A stretch of DNA of 32,010 bases from Nemertoderma westbladi (Eukaryota > Animalia > Xenacoelomorpha): the NCBI GenBank assembly GCA_032718475.1, contig JAUCBJ010007678.1:1-32010 (forward strand). Reading direction: 5' to 3'. The position numbers and the translations under genes are program-made. Each line of letters opens with the position of its first letter. The stretch's first letter is position 1. The notes beneath the pieces were generated by a model. It saw nothing but the letters and a program-made list of their open reading frames with translations, had not been told where the DNA came from and ran no database searches. Positions 1 through 10,830 of this stretch are shown piece after piece.

Positions 1-415
1 GAAACAGTGCAGTACATTTCATACTCGTGCATTGCACATTGCACCGGTGAATTAGTGCACTTCGTACCGGTGTAGTGCACTTCGCACTGGTGTGGTGCAC
101 TTTGACCCAGTGCCGTTCACTTCAAACTGTTGCAGTGCGCATTGCACCAGTGAATTAGTGCACTTCGTACCTGCGCGGTTCACTTTGAACCAGTGTAGTG
201 CACTTCATTCCGGTGCCGGGTGCAGTACACATTGCATCGGAGAATTAGTACATTTCGCATGGCATCGCACTCCATACCGGCGCAGTGCACGTTATACTGG
301 TGAGTGCAATTTGTAAAAATGCATTGCACTTGATATCGGTGCAGTGTATATTGCACAGGTAAATTAGTGCATTTTGTACCAGCGCAGTGCACTTCGTACT
401 GATGCATTTCAAATT
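1..415. repeat. Degenerate ~100-bp tandem repeat rich in GTGCAC/TGCA
   Basis: Variants of GAATTAGTGCACTTCGTACC recur near 49, 152, 242 and 361; probably continues left of the window. ORFs 92-316 and 180-407 are by-products. Confidence 0.7.
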
Positions 416-800
416 GTGTGCCGGTACCTCAAAACTATTTATTCAGGGTAATACGTTTTCCGTGCTCAGTGCATATAGGTTAGCTAATGTTGATACGGTC
501 ATTATTATTGTGAGTGGTGTATCGATGCTACCGACAATATGACTTGACAGTTGACTTATAATTTTCACTCATTTAAGATTGCCTAGTATTATATTTGGGG
601 AAATTCCGGAAACTCATATCTTGCCTACTACATACTAATACTTTGTTAGTGCAGAACAGGCCACAACAGGCCAGTCCACCGGGCATTTGCCCCCCCGGTT
701 GCACAACAGGCCAGTACGCCCCTGATCTCCACGATAAAAATTTGAAAACAAGATACTTAAATATGTTACTTGGTTAATGGTAATGGCGTAATAATTATTT

Positions 801-852
801 ATTACTTGGGAAAAAAATGTAGAACTTTATTCTACGTTTTTTCCCATGTAAT
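801..852. repeat. Imperfect inverted repeat / hairpin
   Basis: ATTACTTGGGAAAAAAATGTAGAA-CTTTA-TTCTACGTTTTTTCCCATGTAAT; ~23-bp arms with few mismatches. Confidence 0.6.
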
Positions 853-1837
853 AGGTAATTTTATTTTTAAATTTGAACTCTTTTGATGTTCAATTCTTTA
901 ATATAAGATAGAACGATATAGTGTTAGAAAATCAATTAAGCTGGATTATTTTACTATACATCCATGGTTACTGCGATTCAAATTATTATACTCTTCAACT
1001 CCTGATGCTGCCTTATTCAATGTTAAATAATTTAATGTTCTCGAATATTCGTCACAATGAGAGAGCGGCTTAATTACATAAACCAATATTGGATATTGAG
1101 TTCCGTTTTGGAGTTCACCTGGCAGACACTGGTGTTTTCGTTAGTAGCTAGTGTTTTTACAAAATTATAGTTATACAAATTTTTATTTTTTAACACACTG
1201 TTTACTTTAGTTTTTATGGCATTACAGTATAGTATCTACACTCAGATAAATTTGGCATTTTTGTCACTTTTCCAACAATTTCACCTCTTTAATATTTCAC
1301 TTTACCACCGACCACACTATACTATAAGTTAATTTTTATTGCATACTGAAATGTACAAACCTGTTATCCCTAAACCACTCACATTATAATAGAGAATTCA
1401 CTAGAATTCTGTTTAAATGTGACCTATAAGAAATTACATATGTATAATTAAATTTATTTTTAAGTAAACCTTTTTATTTTTAAGTTTTAACCAATATTGG
1501 ACAATATTTCACGGCTAAAAAATATCACATTCACACACCGAAGTTCAAGTTTACGTTTAATTAATATATTTGAGTAAGCATTAACTCATTCATAATTAAG
1601 GGTTCCCTATGTAGTACTTGGAGGATAAGATCTATAATTTTAAGTTTGCACACAGTTGTCTGACACCGAGGTGTGTTTGTGTTAGATACAAAGAAAATTA
1701 TATGATTGCTCGAAATGGCTGTAAAAGGATTGATATATAGGTAGGTTTTTATAAACCATAAACCGTTCTTCTGTGGGAGAAGTAATACTGTTGAGGACAA
1801 CTTAAGTGTAGGATAGACAGATAAGGGGGTACTTTCG

Positions 1838-2058
1838 ACGCAATAAAAAGTCATCCCTCTCCAGGGGAAATTCGACGCAAATAACAGCTCCATTACTCTC
1901 AAAAATAAAACTGTAACCTGTTCCATTGTGTTTAGTTTATTGTTTTGGTTAAAATAACGTGCCACTGTAACCTGCTCCTTTCCCTAAATTGAGAATTTAA
2001 CATTGAGGCGGGATATTAATTCGCCAAGATGGGATTTGCGTCCAGTTTCCCACCCTGT
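1838..2058 (+). repeat. Dispersed repeat fragment (also in KLF intron 1 and inside the 0.9-kb MITE)
   Basis: TCATCCCTCTCCAGGGGAAA...TTTATTGTTTTGGTT...GCCACTGTAACCTGCTCCTTTCCCTAAATTGAGAA aligns by eye to ~27770-27945, ~29740-29915, ~31515-31695 (+) and ~25262-25360 (-). Confidence 0.75.
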
Positions 2059-2343
2059 CTCAGGATAGACCATAGAGTTTAAGGCCTTTTTTAAGGAACA
2101 GACATATTGGATATGATTATCAATACTTTGTAACTAACCTTTTTTATATTTATCTCAAACGGGCTTTGTCTGTTCTGAAAGATACAATTTATGTTACTAG
2201 ATATATTATTCAGCAGTTCGACAGGTGGGGCGATATATTTTGAACATTTTATATCATTCAATAGTCAATACTTCGTTTGTGGCACTTACATGTCTACATA
2301 TAACATGTAAACAAGTAACTACATTAGTTAATCAAAAGTTATA

Positions 2344-3766
2344 TGGTAAACAAATACTGTAAAGTAACTTATAGTAGTTGGTAAACAAATACTGTAAAGT
2401 AACTTATAGTAGTAGACTCTAGTTGGTAAACAAATACTGTAAAGTAACTTATAGTAGTTGGTAAACAAATACTGTAAAGTAACTTATAGTAGACTCTAGT
2501 TGGTAAACAAATACTGTAAAGTAACTTATAGTAGACTCTAGTTGGTAAACAAATACTGTAAAGTAACTTATAGTAGTAGACTCTAGTTGGTAAACAAATA
2601 CTGTAAAGTAACTTATAGTAGTTGGTAAACAAATACTGTAAAGTAACTTATAGTAGATTCTAGTTGGTAAACAAATACTGTAAAGTAACTTATAGTAGAC
2701 TCTAGTTGGTAAACAAATACTGTAAAGTAACTTATAGTAGTTGGTAAACAAATACTGTAAAGTAACTTATAGTAGTTGGTAAACAAATACTGTAAAGTAA
2801 CTTATAGTAGATTCTAGTTGGTAAACAAATACTGTAAAGTAACTTATAGTAGATTCTAGTTGGTAAACAAATACTGTAACTTATAGTAGATTCTAGTTGG
2901 TAAACAAATACTGTAACTTATAGTGATAGACTCTAGTTGGTAAACAAATACTGTAAAGTAACTTATAGTAGTTGGTAAACAAATACTGTAAAGTTACTTA
3001 TAGTAGACTCTAGTTGGTAAACAAATACTGTAAAGTAACTTATAGTAGACTCTAGTTGGTAAACAAATACTGTAAAGTAACTTATAGTAGACTCTAGTTG
3101 GTAAACAAATACTGTAAAGTAACTTATAGTAGTTGGTAAAAAAATACTGTAAAGTAACTTATAGTAGTTGGTAAACAAATACTGTAAAGTAACTTATAGT
3201 AGTTGGTAAACAAATACTGTAAAGTAACTTATAGTAGACTCTAGTTGGTAAACAAATACTGTAAAGTAACTTATAGTAGTTGGTAAACAAATACTGTAAA
3301 GTAACTTATAGTAGTTGGTAAACAAATACTGTAAAGTAACTTATAGTAGACTCTAGTTGGTAAACAAATACTGTAAAGTAACTTATAGTAGTTGGTAAAC
3401 AAATACTGTAAAGTAACTTATAGTAGTTGGTAAACAAATACTGTAAAGTAACTTATAGTAGTTGGTAAACAAATACTGTAAAGTAACTTATAGTAGACTC
3501 TAGTTGGTAAACAAATACTGTAAAGTAACTTATAGTAGTTGGTAAACAAATACTGTAAAGTAACTTATAGTAGTTGGTAAACAAATACTGTAAAGTAACT
3601 TATAGTAGTTGGTAAACAAATACTGTAAAGTAACTTATAGTAGACTCTAGTTGGTAAACAAATACTGTAAAGTAACTTATAGTAGACTCTAGTTGGTAAA
3701 CAAATACTGTAAAGTAACTTATAGTAGTTGGTAAACAAATACTGTAAAGTAACTTATAGTAGACTC
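2344..3766. repeat. 35/42/45-bp tandem satellite, left arm
   Basis: Monomer TGGTAAACAAATACTGTAAAGTAACTTATAGTAGT (35 bp), with variants carrying an extra AGACTCT (42 bp) or AGTAGACTCT (45 bp); near-identical copies. Confidence 0.98.
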
Positions 3767-3916
3767 TGTTAAATATTGAAATACACGTTCATACAAGTCT
3801 GACACTTTACTTTAATCTACACAAATATATATATAACATCACCTTACCGGTACATACTTAGAGCTGCCCCCCGACCTCCACCTGTAAGGCATGGCCTATA
3901 CAATATACCTCTAACA
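3767..3916 (-). repeat. 3' LTR (150 bp)
   Basis: No difference from 9048-9197 seen by eye; TG...CA ends with 5-bp terminal inverted repeat. Confidence 0.96.
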
Positions 3917-3929
3917 CTCACTCTACTTT
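3917..3929 (-). promoter_or_regulatory. Polypurine tract candidate
   Basis: AAAGTAGAGTGAG directly upstream of the 3' LTR on the minus strand. Confidence 0.6.
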
Positions 3930-4037
3930 AATTAATATGTTAGTTATATACATAAAATACCTCCACCACACATTTATGAAATTCTAGTATAGACTAATAT
4001 TCCCCTTTCCATTTATTTATTATTATTATTTTTTTTT

Positions 4038-4970
4038 TTATTCAATAATTCCATCAGTTATTAGATTTAAAATTTGTTCACCAGGCATCTCCTTTGTTAG
4101 GACATCAGCTGCTTGTTTCTTTCCAGTTACATGTTGAACACTTAGTCCCTGTAATGCTTCTTCACGGAGTATTGCTAGGTCAATCTTTAACTTCTTTTCT
4201 GCAGGATCATTCTTTGTGTATAAGATGTGATCCACTAAGCTTTTAGAGTCTGTCAGAAGTTTCATAAAGTCAATTTTCAATGTGAGTTCATGCAACATGG
4301 CTTTTATGTATATCGCAGCATCGCACCCGTCAAGTGCAGCAAGAGTTTCCCCTGCAAAACTAGAACGTACTACTCGTTGTACACGTTTTGACTTCCACAT
4401 TAACGTATTAACTCTAACCTCATCGTAATTCCTTAATCGACCATGGAGACCAACAATGAATCCCCCTTGACTTCCCCCATCATTTAAGGCTCCAAAGCTA
4501 CAATCAGAATAAATAATCAGAGATAATGTCTTTAAATCTAACGGCCGATATACAAGTTTAATTGGCTGCAATGACTTTGCTTTGCGAATTAACTTATTAA
4601 GTTGTTGAATATGCTTTACCAATGGATTTCTCAATGATCCCAATAATGTAGATGTTCCATACATTATGTCAGGACGTGTTTGTGAACCAACCCATTGAAG
4701 AACACCGAGAATGGAGCGAAATTCTGTTATTTCGTCCTTTGACATTGGGCAGTCTAATTCTCCCTTCCGAACAGCCATGAAACCCATTTTCATTAAATAT
4801 TCATCTTTTGTAAGTACATGAATGTTAAATGAGTTATCAACACTGTCAATTGTATTTATCACTAGTCCGGTATACTCAAAATTGTCTTTCTTTGAAGGTG
4901 CTACCACAAAGATTTATTTTAATTTATTGATTATTTTTGTATGGAATATAGTTGTACCACCATACAACAG
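4038..4970 (-). pseudogene. pol: pol fragment 4: RT C-terminal part and RNase H, with an internal TAA at 4914-4916
   Basis: LLYGGTTIFHTKIINKLK*IFVVAPSKKDNFEYTGL...LQWVGSQTRPDI...IYSDCSF...RVVRSSFAGETLA...TDSKSL...QAADVLTK. Confidence 0.92.
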
Positions 4971-6862
4971 TTTTCACGATATACACAAACAACGAGGGAT
5001 CCAGGTCACTTTTCTTTAATCCAAGATTAACAAGTGCCTCTGATAAACTATTAAACCAGTTTCTAGGAGCATCAACCAAGCCATATACTGGTTTAAGCAA
5101 TTTCCAAAAAATATTAGGAGGAAGATGAGCCTCAGGTGGAGGAACGACAAAAACATCTCGTTCAAATGATTTACTTTGCAAAAAAGCAGTTTTAACATCT
5201 AGGGAATGAGGTCTAAAACAAAGTGATGGAAAAATAGCAAGAATGAGCTTGAGAGTATCCCTGTGGGATGTTGGGGAGTATGTTTGTAAATCCAACTTGT
5301 TCTCCTGGAAACCACGAGCTACAAGTCTTGCCTTTAACCTTATTGATCCTGTAGCTCCTTGTTTTTCCGTTAATACCCACTTGCAAGAGATTGGCTGATT
5401 AGTCATGTCTTCTTCTTTAACCTCCTTCATTACTCCGTGTTGTTGCCAAGAAATTAGTTCATCTTCCTTTGCATATGCAAATCGTTTACTATTATTTTCA
5501 GCAGTAGTTATATAACTATCAGATATTTCATAAACCTCATCTATTCCATATCTTACAATTGGTTTAGGGTTACGCTGTGGCCTTTCTAGAGACCCACTTT
5601 TATCCATTTTATCATCTAGAGCTCCAGTGTTATTTATGCTAATATTATTATTAGATGTGTCCATAGCAATACTACTTAACTGCTTGACTGTAGATAACGG
5701 AGATTGATTAATACCAATTGTTGTATTTGGAGTAATCATGTTTAACAATGAACTTTTGTTGTTTCCTTCTATGTTTCTGGTTTCACTCTCATTTTCTACA
5801 AGTTTTCCACCAATTTCTTTCAACTTCAGTAATTTGCCTTCATCACTCATTCTTCTCAAATCACGCTGATGTACATTTATCACAAATCCTCCATGTCGTA
5901 CGAAAACTACTGACCCATCCTGACCAATAACCTTTCCTGGACCGTGCCAACCTCTTCCAGCTTTTGACTTCTCATCCCGCCAATAGCATACATTATCACC
6001 AGACTCAAAAGGACCATCACTTGAAATTATTCTCTGTTTTAGTGCTCTCTTTACTCTGTCATCGCATTCAGCTCCAATACAAGCCATCCTTGTTTCATGC
6101 AACAAATTTAAATGTTGGCGTATGCGCTCATAGTTTTCAGAATCATTGATCATTGGTAATATTTCACAAGTTATAACAGGTAATCTAGGATTTGAGCCAA
6201 ATACACGCTGAAATGGAGAAAAACCAAGATTGTCTATAAGAGTATTTTTAGCTAATAAGCTGTATCCAAGAACAGTACTCAAAGAACAGCTGAAGTTATC
6301 CTTACGTACTTTAGTCATAATTGATTTAAGTGTACCATTATTTCTTTCGCATATGCCATTTGAAAAAGGCGATTCAGCTGCCGTAGTATCAACGTAAATT
6401 CCAAATCGTTCGTAAAAACACATTAATTCAACAGAATGAAACTCTCCACCATTATCTGAATATACTTTCTGAGGTAGACCAAATACAGTCAGCCAAGTTT
6501 GTGCTATCCCCTCTATTACTTCTTTGGTTTCCTTACTCTTCATAAAACAAGCTGCAGAAAACCTAGAATATATATCTATTAAATGCAACATTGTATAAGT
6601 CCGTGACGTTACTGGGTCAACCCAATCCGAAAGATCCATAGCTAATGTGTCATTAAACTTGTCAGCATGGGCAACTGTCACCTTTGGCCGATTATTATGC
6701 CGTTTTCCTGCCTTACAAATTTCACATTGCCTGGAAACTTCATTTATCGCTGACACAATACCTCTAATGTTAATATCATTAATTACCGGTATGTTTTTCT
6801 GATTGTCCAATGAACTTTTTACTGTTTTAATTAACCTATCTTCAGAGGGATGTCCTAGGTTA
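4971..6862 (-). pseudogene. pol: pol fragment 3: integrase and RT N-terminal part
   Basis: NLGHPSED...CEIC (HHCC domain); DDE core LAMDL / SDNGGEF / NGICERNN; WHGPGKVIGQDG; RT motifs CKWVLTEK, RLKARLVARGFQE, DVKTAFLQ, KPVYGLVDAPRNW. Confidence 0.94.
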
Positions 6863-8147
6863 ATTAATATGCAATCTCTTGGCTAGAACTTTATGATCCA
6901 TTGTTGTTATATCCTTACTAGATACACTGTAAACTTCGCATTTATCACCAATAGTATGAGAGAATTCTATTTGAATGTTACTATCAACATCATCACACAC
7001 TGATGGCATACTCAAATCACCATTCGATATTGCAATATTGGCTGAAGAAGAAGAGATCGTTTTAGGTGTTTGATTTCCTGAAACAGTTACTTTATGCTTA
7101 TCTGCAACCATACGCATTGAGTTCTTTGGCCAATTTGTTATCAATGGAATGACAAAATGCCCCTTTTGTGATTGTTTAAGATTAAAACTTTGATTTTCAA
7201 TTGTTGCCATCTTATTTTTAAAATCAAGTATCAAACCCAACTTTGAAAGTGCTGTTCGGCTTAATAAAAGTGGACAATTTCCCCTAACAACATCACAAGA
7301 TAGATGATAAACTTTGCCAAAAATTGAAACTGGTAAACTAACATTAAATAGACTAATTTTAACGCCATCATTTCCAAAACGATATACTTTACCACCATCT
7401 TCTTGTCTTAATGGTTCTAAACCAGTTGCCGTTTTTAAATTATCACGATACTGTGTATAGAATGTTGTCCCACACACTGTACTTGTACAAGCTGAATCGA
7501 TTATCGCTACTGAATCATTTTCAATATCTATTTCGTTTTGGTTAGTAATATATGATTCTTGAGATTCAACTATTGACTCATGTCTCTCTACAAAAAGATT
7601 TTCCTCACCCATCGGATGATATCTTTGAAAACTGTTTCCTTTATTACATACATTATTATTGTGAAATCTATATGAACCTTTACTACCAATATTCTTGGGA
7701 CAATTTCCTGACCTATATAGATGGAATCGCGACCCACAACCATAGCATCTGATTATTTCACTAGTTTGGATGTCTCTAGCATTCATTCGAGGTCTACCTT
7801 GTACCGATTGATGCCAGCTTCTATTGCATGACTTCGTACCACCTTGATTTATTTTTCCAGTATTATAAGTAGTCATTGCATAGCGTACTAATTCATCTTT
7901 CTCTACATCATTGAAAGATGATGTGTCACATTCACTGACTTCCATTTCAGATAATTCATACTCAAGTGATGGTTCATCTTGTCCTGCTGCTACAAGTACA
8001 CTATTTGTATATTTTGAATTTGATGCATCTGCATTCTCTAAATCAGTACCGGTAGTAATGTTGTTATTGCTACTGCTATCAATACGACGTAGTGCTGTTT
8101 CCACATTATCTGAACTCAACCCACTACCAGCCACAGTTTGACTTAAA
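6860..8147 (-). pseudogene. gag-pol fragment 2: Gag C-terminus, zinc knuckle, aspartic protease
   Basis: CYGCGSRFHLYRSGNC zinc knuckle; AIIDSACTSTVCG protease site; YRFGNDG; CPLLLSRTALSKLG; ends at RLHIN* at the start of the integrase HHCC domain. Confidence 0.92.
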
Positions 8148-8615
8148 AGCAACTGATAGTAGTAATAATTTTTGACTGTTGGGTAAGCCACAGTTGTCTA
8201 GTACCATATAGGCAAACGTAGTATCTGAAAGATCTATACTAAATAATTTTGCCTCTCTGCGCAATCTGCGAAATTCAGAACAATACATTAGAACAGTACG
8301 CTCACCTCTTGTAAAGTTAATTAATTTCTTCCAATTTTCATATCCTTGGGTATCACGGTCTTTTTCAAAAAGTTTATCTAATTCTTTTAACAGATATTCC
8401 ACTCCAGCTTGCCCATCTGCTTGCAATAGGTCTTCTTCCAGTGAAAGAGCTAAAGATCTGGCCTCTCCCTTAAGTGAATAAAGAATTATGTCACCTGCTT
8501 TCTGTCTTCCTGGGGCCTTGCTGCGTTGACACCAAAGATTGACCAACTTCTTCCATTCCCTATAATTTTCATTTTCCCCTAATAGAGGGGGTGTCAACTC
8601 TTTTACAGAAGTCAT
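8148..8615 (-). pseudogene. gag: gag fragment 1 (capsid-like)
   Basis: ATG at 8615: MTSVKELTPPLL...YREWKKLVNLW...LKGEARSLA...LLKELDKLF...EFRRL; continues into fragment 2 via a +1 shift at the T run at 8145-8148. Confidence 0.88.
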
Positions 8616-9029
8616 AGTCCGTTTGATTCTTGCACCGGCAGACCGGTTACCCTTAGCAGTAAGGTACCGCAATACCGGTAAATATGATATCTGGATGGAT
8701 ATAGGCCTGTAAGCCTAGGCCTACCATCAGACCCTTATGACCAATACCAATACGGGGCTATCTGCCTGTCTGAACAGATTAAATGGATCAACGCAACGGT
8801 CAGATGATTCGGTACCGACAGTGGTAATAAGAGGATACTGGTAACAGGCACGGCACGTCAGCCTGCTGGCCTGTCGGCACTGCTGCACTGCATGTACAGC
8901 TGTAGCCCTAGTCAGCAGTACACAGTTAAGTAAAGTCTGTAGGTGGTAGTCGATCTCTGTCTTTGCCACACCAATATGTCTATATTAAAATAAGTTTTCA
9001 ATAGGCCTAAATCTGTTTGGTAACGGTAC

Positions 9030-9047
9030 AACCACGCTCTGCTACCA
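9030..9047 (-). promoter_or_regulatory. Primer-binding site, initiator tRNA-Met
   Basis: TGGTAGCAGAGCGTGGTT directly after the 5' LTR; complementary to the 3' end of tRNAiMet (...CUCUGCUACCA). Confidence 0.9.
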
Positions 9048-9197
9048 TGTTAAATATTGAAATACACGTTCATACAAGTCTGACACTTTACTTTAATCTA
9101 CACAAATATATATATAACATCACCTTACCGGTACATACTTAGAGCTGCCCCCCGACCTCCACCTGTAAGGCATGGCCTATACAATATACCTCTAACA
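9048..9197 (-). repeat. 5' LTR (150 bp)
   Basis: Direct repeat of 3767-3916, followed by the TSD GACTC. Confidence 0.96.
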
Positions 9198-9964
9198 GAC
9201 TCTAGTTGGTAAACAAATACTGTAAAGTAACTTATAGTAGTTGGTAAACAAATACTGTAAAGTAACTTATAGTAGTTGGTAAACAAATACTGTAAAGTAA
9301 CTTATAGTAGTTGGTAAACAAATACTGTAAAGTAACTTATAGTAGACTCTAGTTGGTAAACAAATACTGTAAAGTAACTTATAGTAGTTGGTAAACAAAT
9401 ACTGTAAAGTAACTTATAGTAGTTGGTAAACAAATACTGTAAAGTAACTTATAGTAGACTCTAGTTGGTAAACAAATACTGTAAAGTAACTTATAGTAGA
9501 CTCTAATTGGTAAACAAATACTGTAAAGTAACTTATAGTAGTTGGTAAACAAATACTGTAAAGTAACTTATAGTAGACTCTAGTTGGTAAACAAATACTG
9601 TAAAGTAACTTATAGTAGACTCTAGTTGGTAAACAAATACTGTAAAGTAACTTATAGTAGTAGACTCTAGTTGGTAAACAAATACTGTAAAGTAACTTAT
9701 AGTAGTTGGTAAACAAATACTGTAAAGTAACTTATAGTAGTAGACTCTAGTTGGTAAACAAATACTGTAAAGTAACTTATAGTAGTTGGTAAACAAATAC
9801 TGTAAAGTAACTTATAGTAGACTCTAGTTGGTAAACAAATACTGTAAAGTAACTTATAGTAGTTGGTAAACAAATACTGTAAAGTAACTTATAGTAGACT
9901 CTAGTTGGTAAACAAATACTGTAAAGTAACTTATAGTAGACTCTAGTTGGTAAACAAATACTGT
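9198..9964. repeat. 35/42/45-bp tandem satellite, right arm
   Basis: Same monomer, resuming in register (GACTC-TAGTTGGTAAAC) after the LTR element. Confidence 0.98.
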
Positions 9965-10605
9965 CAGATCTTTCAACTAGAAAATAACTGAAAAGTCGAT
10001 GGAAAAGGTCAAATTGAAAAACGGAGTTTCAAAATCACGACTGTTAATTTGAAACACTTTATTGCGTGAGAAAAAGCAGACTTTATTTCCAGATCGGTGC
10101 TGTTCAATTAAGCGAGCGTGGCGAGGTTTATTATAAAACGAGGTATTCTACAGGAAAATGTTAGTTTCTCGTACCGCAAAACTTTTCTTTATGGTTTAGA
10201 AAGGCACATCAGCGCGAGACATACCTTGTTTCTGGAATCCCGCCAATGGTCAGCGCCTGAATGTCGGTGACGCGTAGAGCCTCTCGGAACCTGAGTGACG
10301 TCATCTCGGTAGGCTATAATATTGCACAAAGCCATTGGATTATCGCCCTCCGGTGCAGAGATTCGGTCACCAAGGTAATGGGATTGTCGGTAGTTATTTG
10401 GTTGGTTGAGAGGGGTCTGTTCTCTCATTGGTTCCAGACGGGCTGGGAGGGTGGTCTGAGTGCTGACAGGTGATTGGTCAAACGGTTGGAGACGGGCCGG
10501 CAGTGTCTGAGTTAAAGTAGAAACCTAGAAATACAATGTTAAACATTTTGTAGCAATAAAGTCAACGAATCACTAGTTTATACCATAGATATGATATGAC
10601 ATTCA

Positions 10606-10830
10606 AAAGTTGCATGGTTTTACACTGCACGAGGCTATTTTATTCGATTAAATAAAACCACAATATTCTAGAACATTTTGTTTATGTATAAATGGTAACA
10701 TAAAATTATAATTAAAGGGGAATTGCATTGTTGCATAGCTACATATCGGATGAACAAACTGTTCTAGAATATTGTGTATTTATTAAATAGAATAAAATAG
10801 CCTCGCGCAGATGTAAAATCAAGCAACTTT
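10606..10830. repeat. Fold-back / MITE-like remnant with ~70-bp imperfect inverted arms
   Basis: 10606-10675 (AAAGTTGC...GAGGCTATTTTATTC...CAATATTCTAGAACA) is the approximate reverse complement of 10760-10830. Confidence 0.7.

Larger units (their letters stand above)
3767..9197 (-). mobile_element. Full-length Ty1/copia LTR retrotransposon, GalEa-like, coding-defective
   Basis: Two 150-bp LTRs with TGTTA...TAACA ends; 5-bp TSD GACTC (3762-3766, 9198-9202); PBS TGGTAGCAGAGC; domain order gag-PR-IN-RT-RH; motifs KARLVARGF, WHGPGKVIGQDG, TDSKSL, ADVLTK. Confidence 0.96.

Noticed and set aside
650-724. GC-rich end ...GGCCAGTACGCCCCTG resembling a DNA-transposon TIR
   Set aside because: No partner TIR or TSD found in the window.
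1561-1965. 134-aa ORF
   Set aside because: No recognisable domain, non-ATG start, overlaps a dispersed repeat.
2369-3178. ORFs MFTNYYKLLYSICLP... (also 9414-9796)
   Set aside because: Translations of the satellite.
4038-8615. All three gag-pol breaks are +1, suggesting programmed frameshifting
   Set aside because: They fall mid-Gag, inside HHCC and inside RT; one is a 4-bp duplication and one a deletion of the catalytic motif; there is also an in-frame stop. Decay explains it better.
2344-9964. 35-bp repeats of CRISPR-like length flanking an RT/integrase locus
   Set aside because: No unique spacers (head-to-tail satellite), no cas genes; the enclosed ORFs are a copia element with its own LTRs and TSD.
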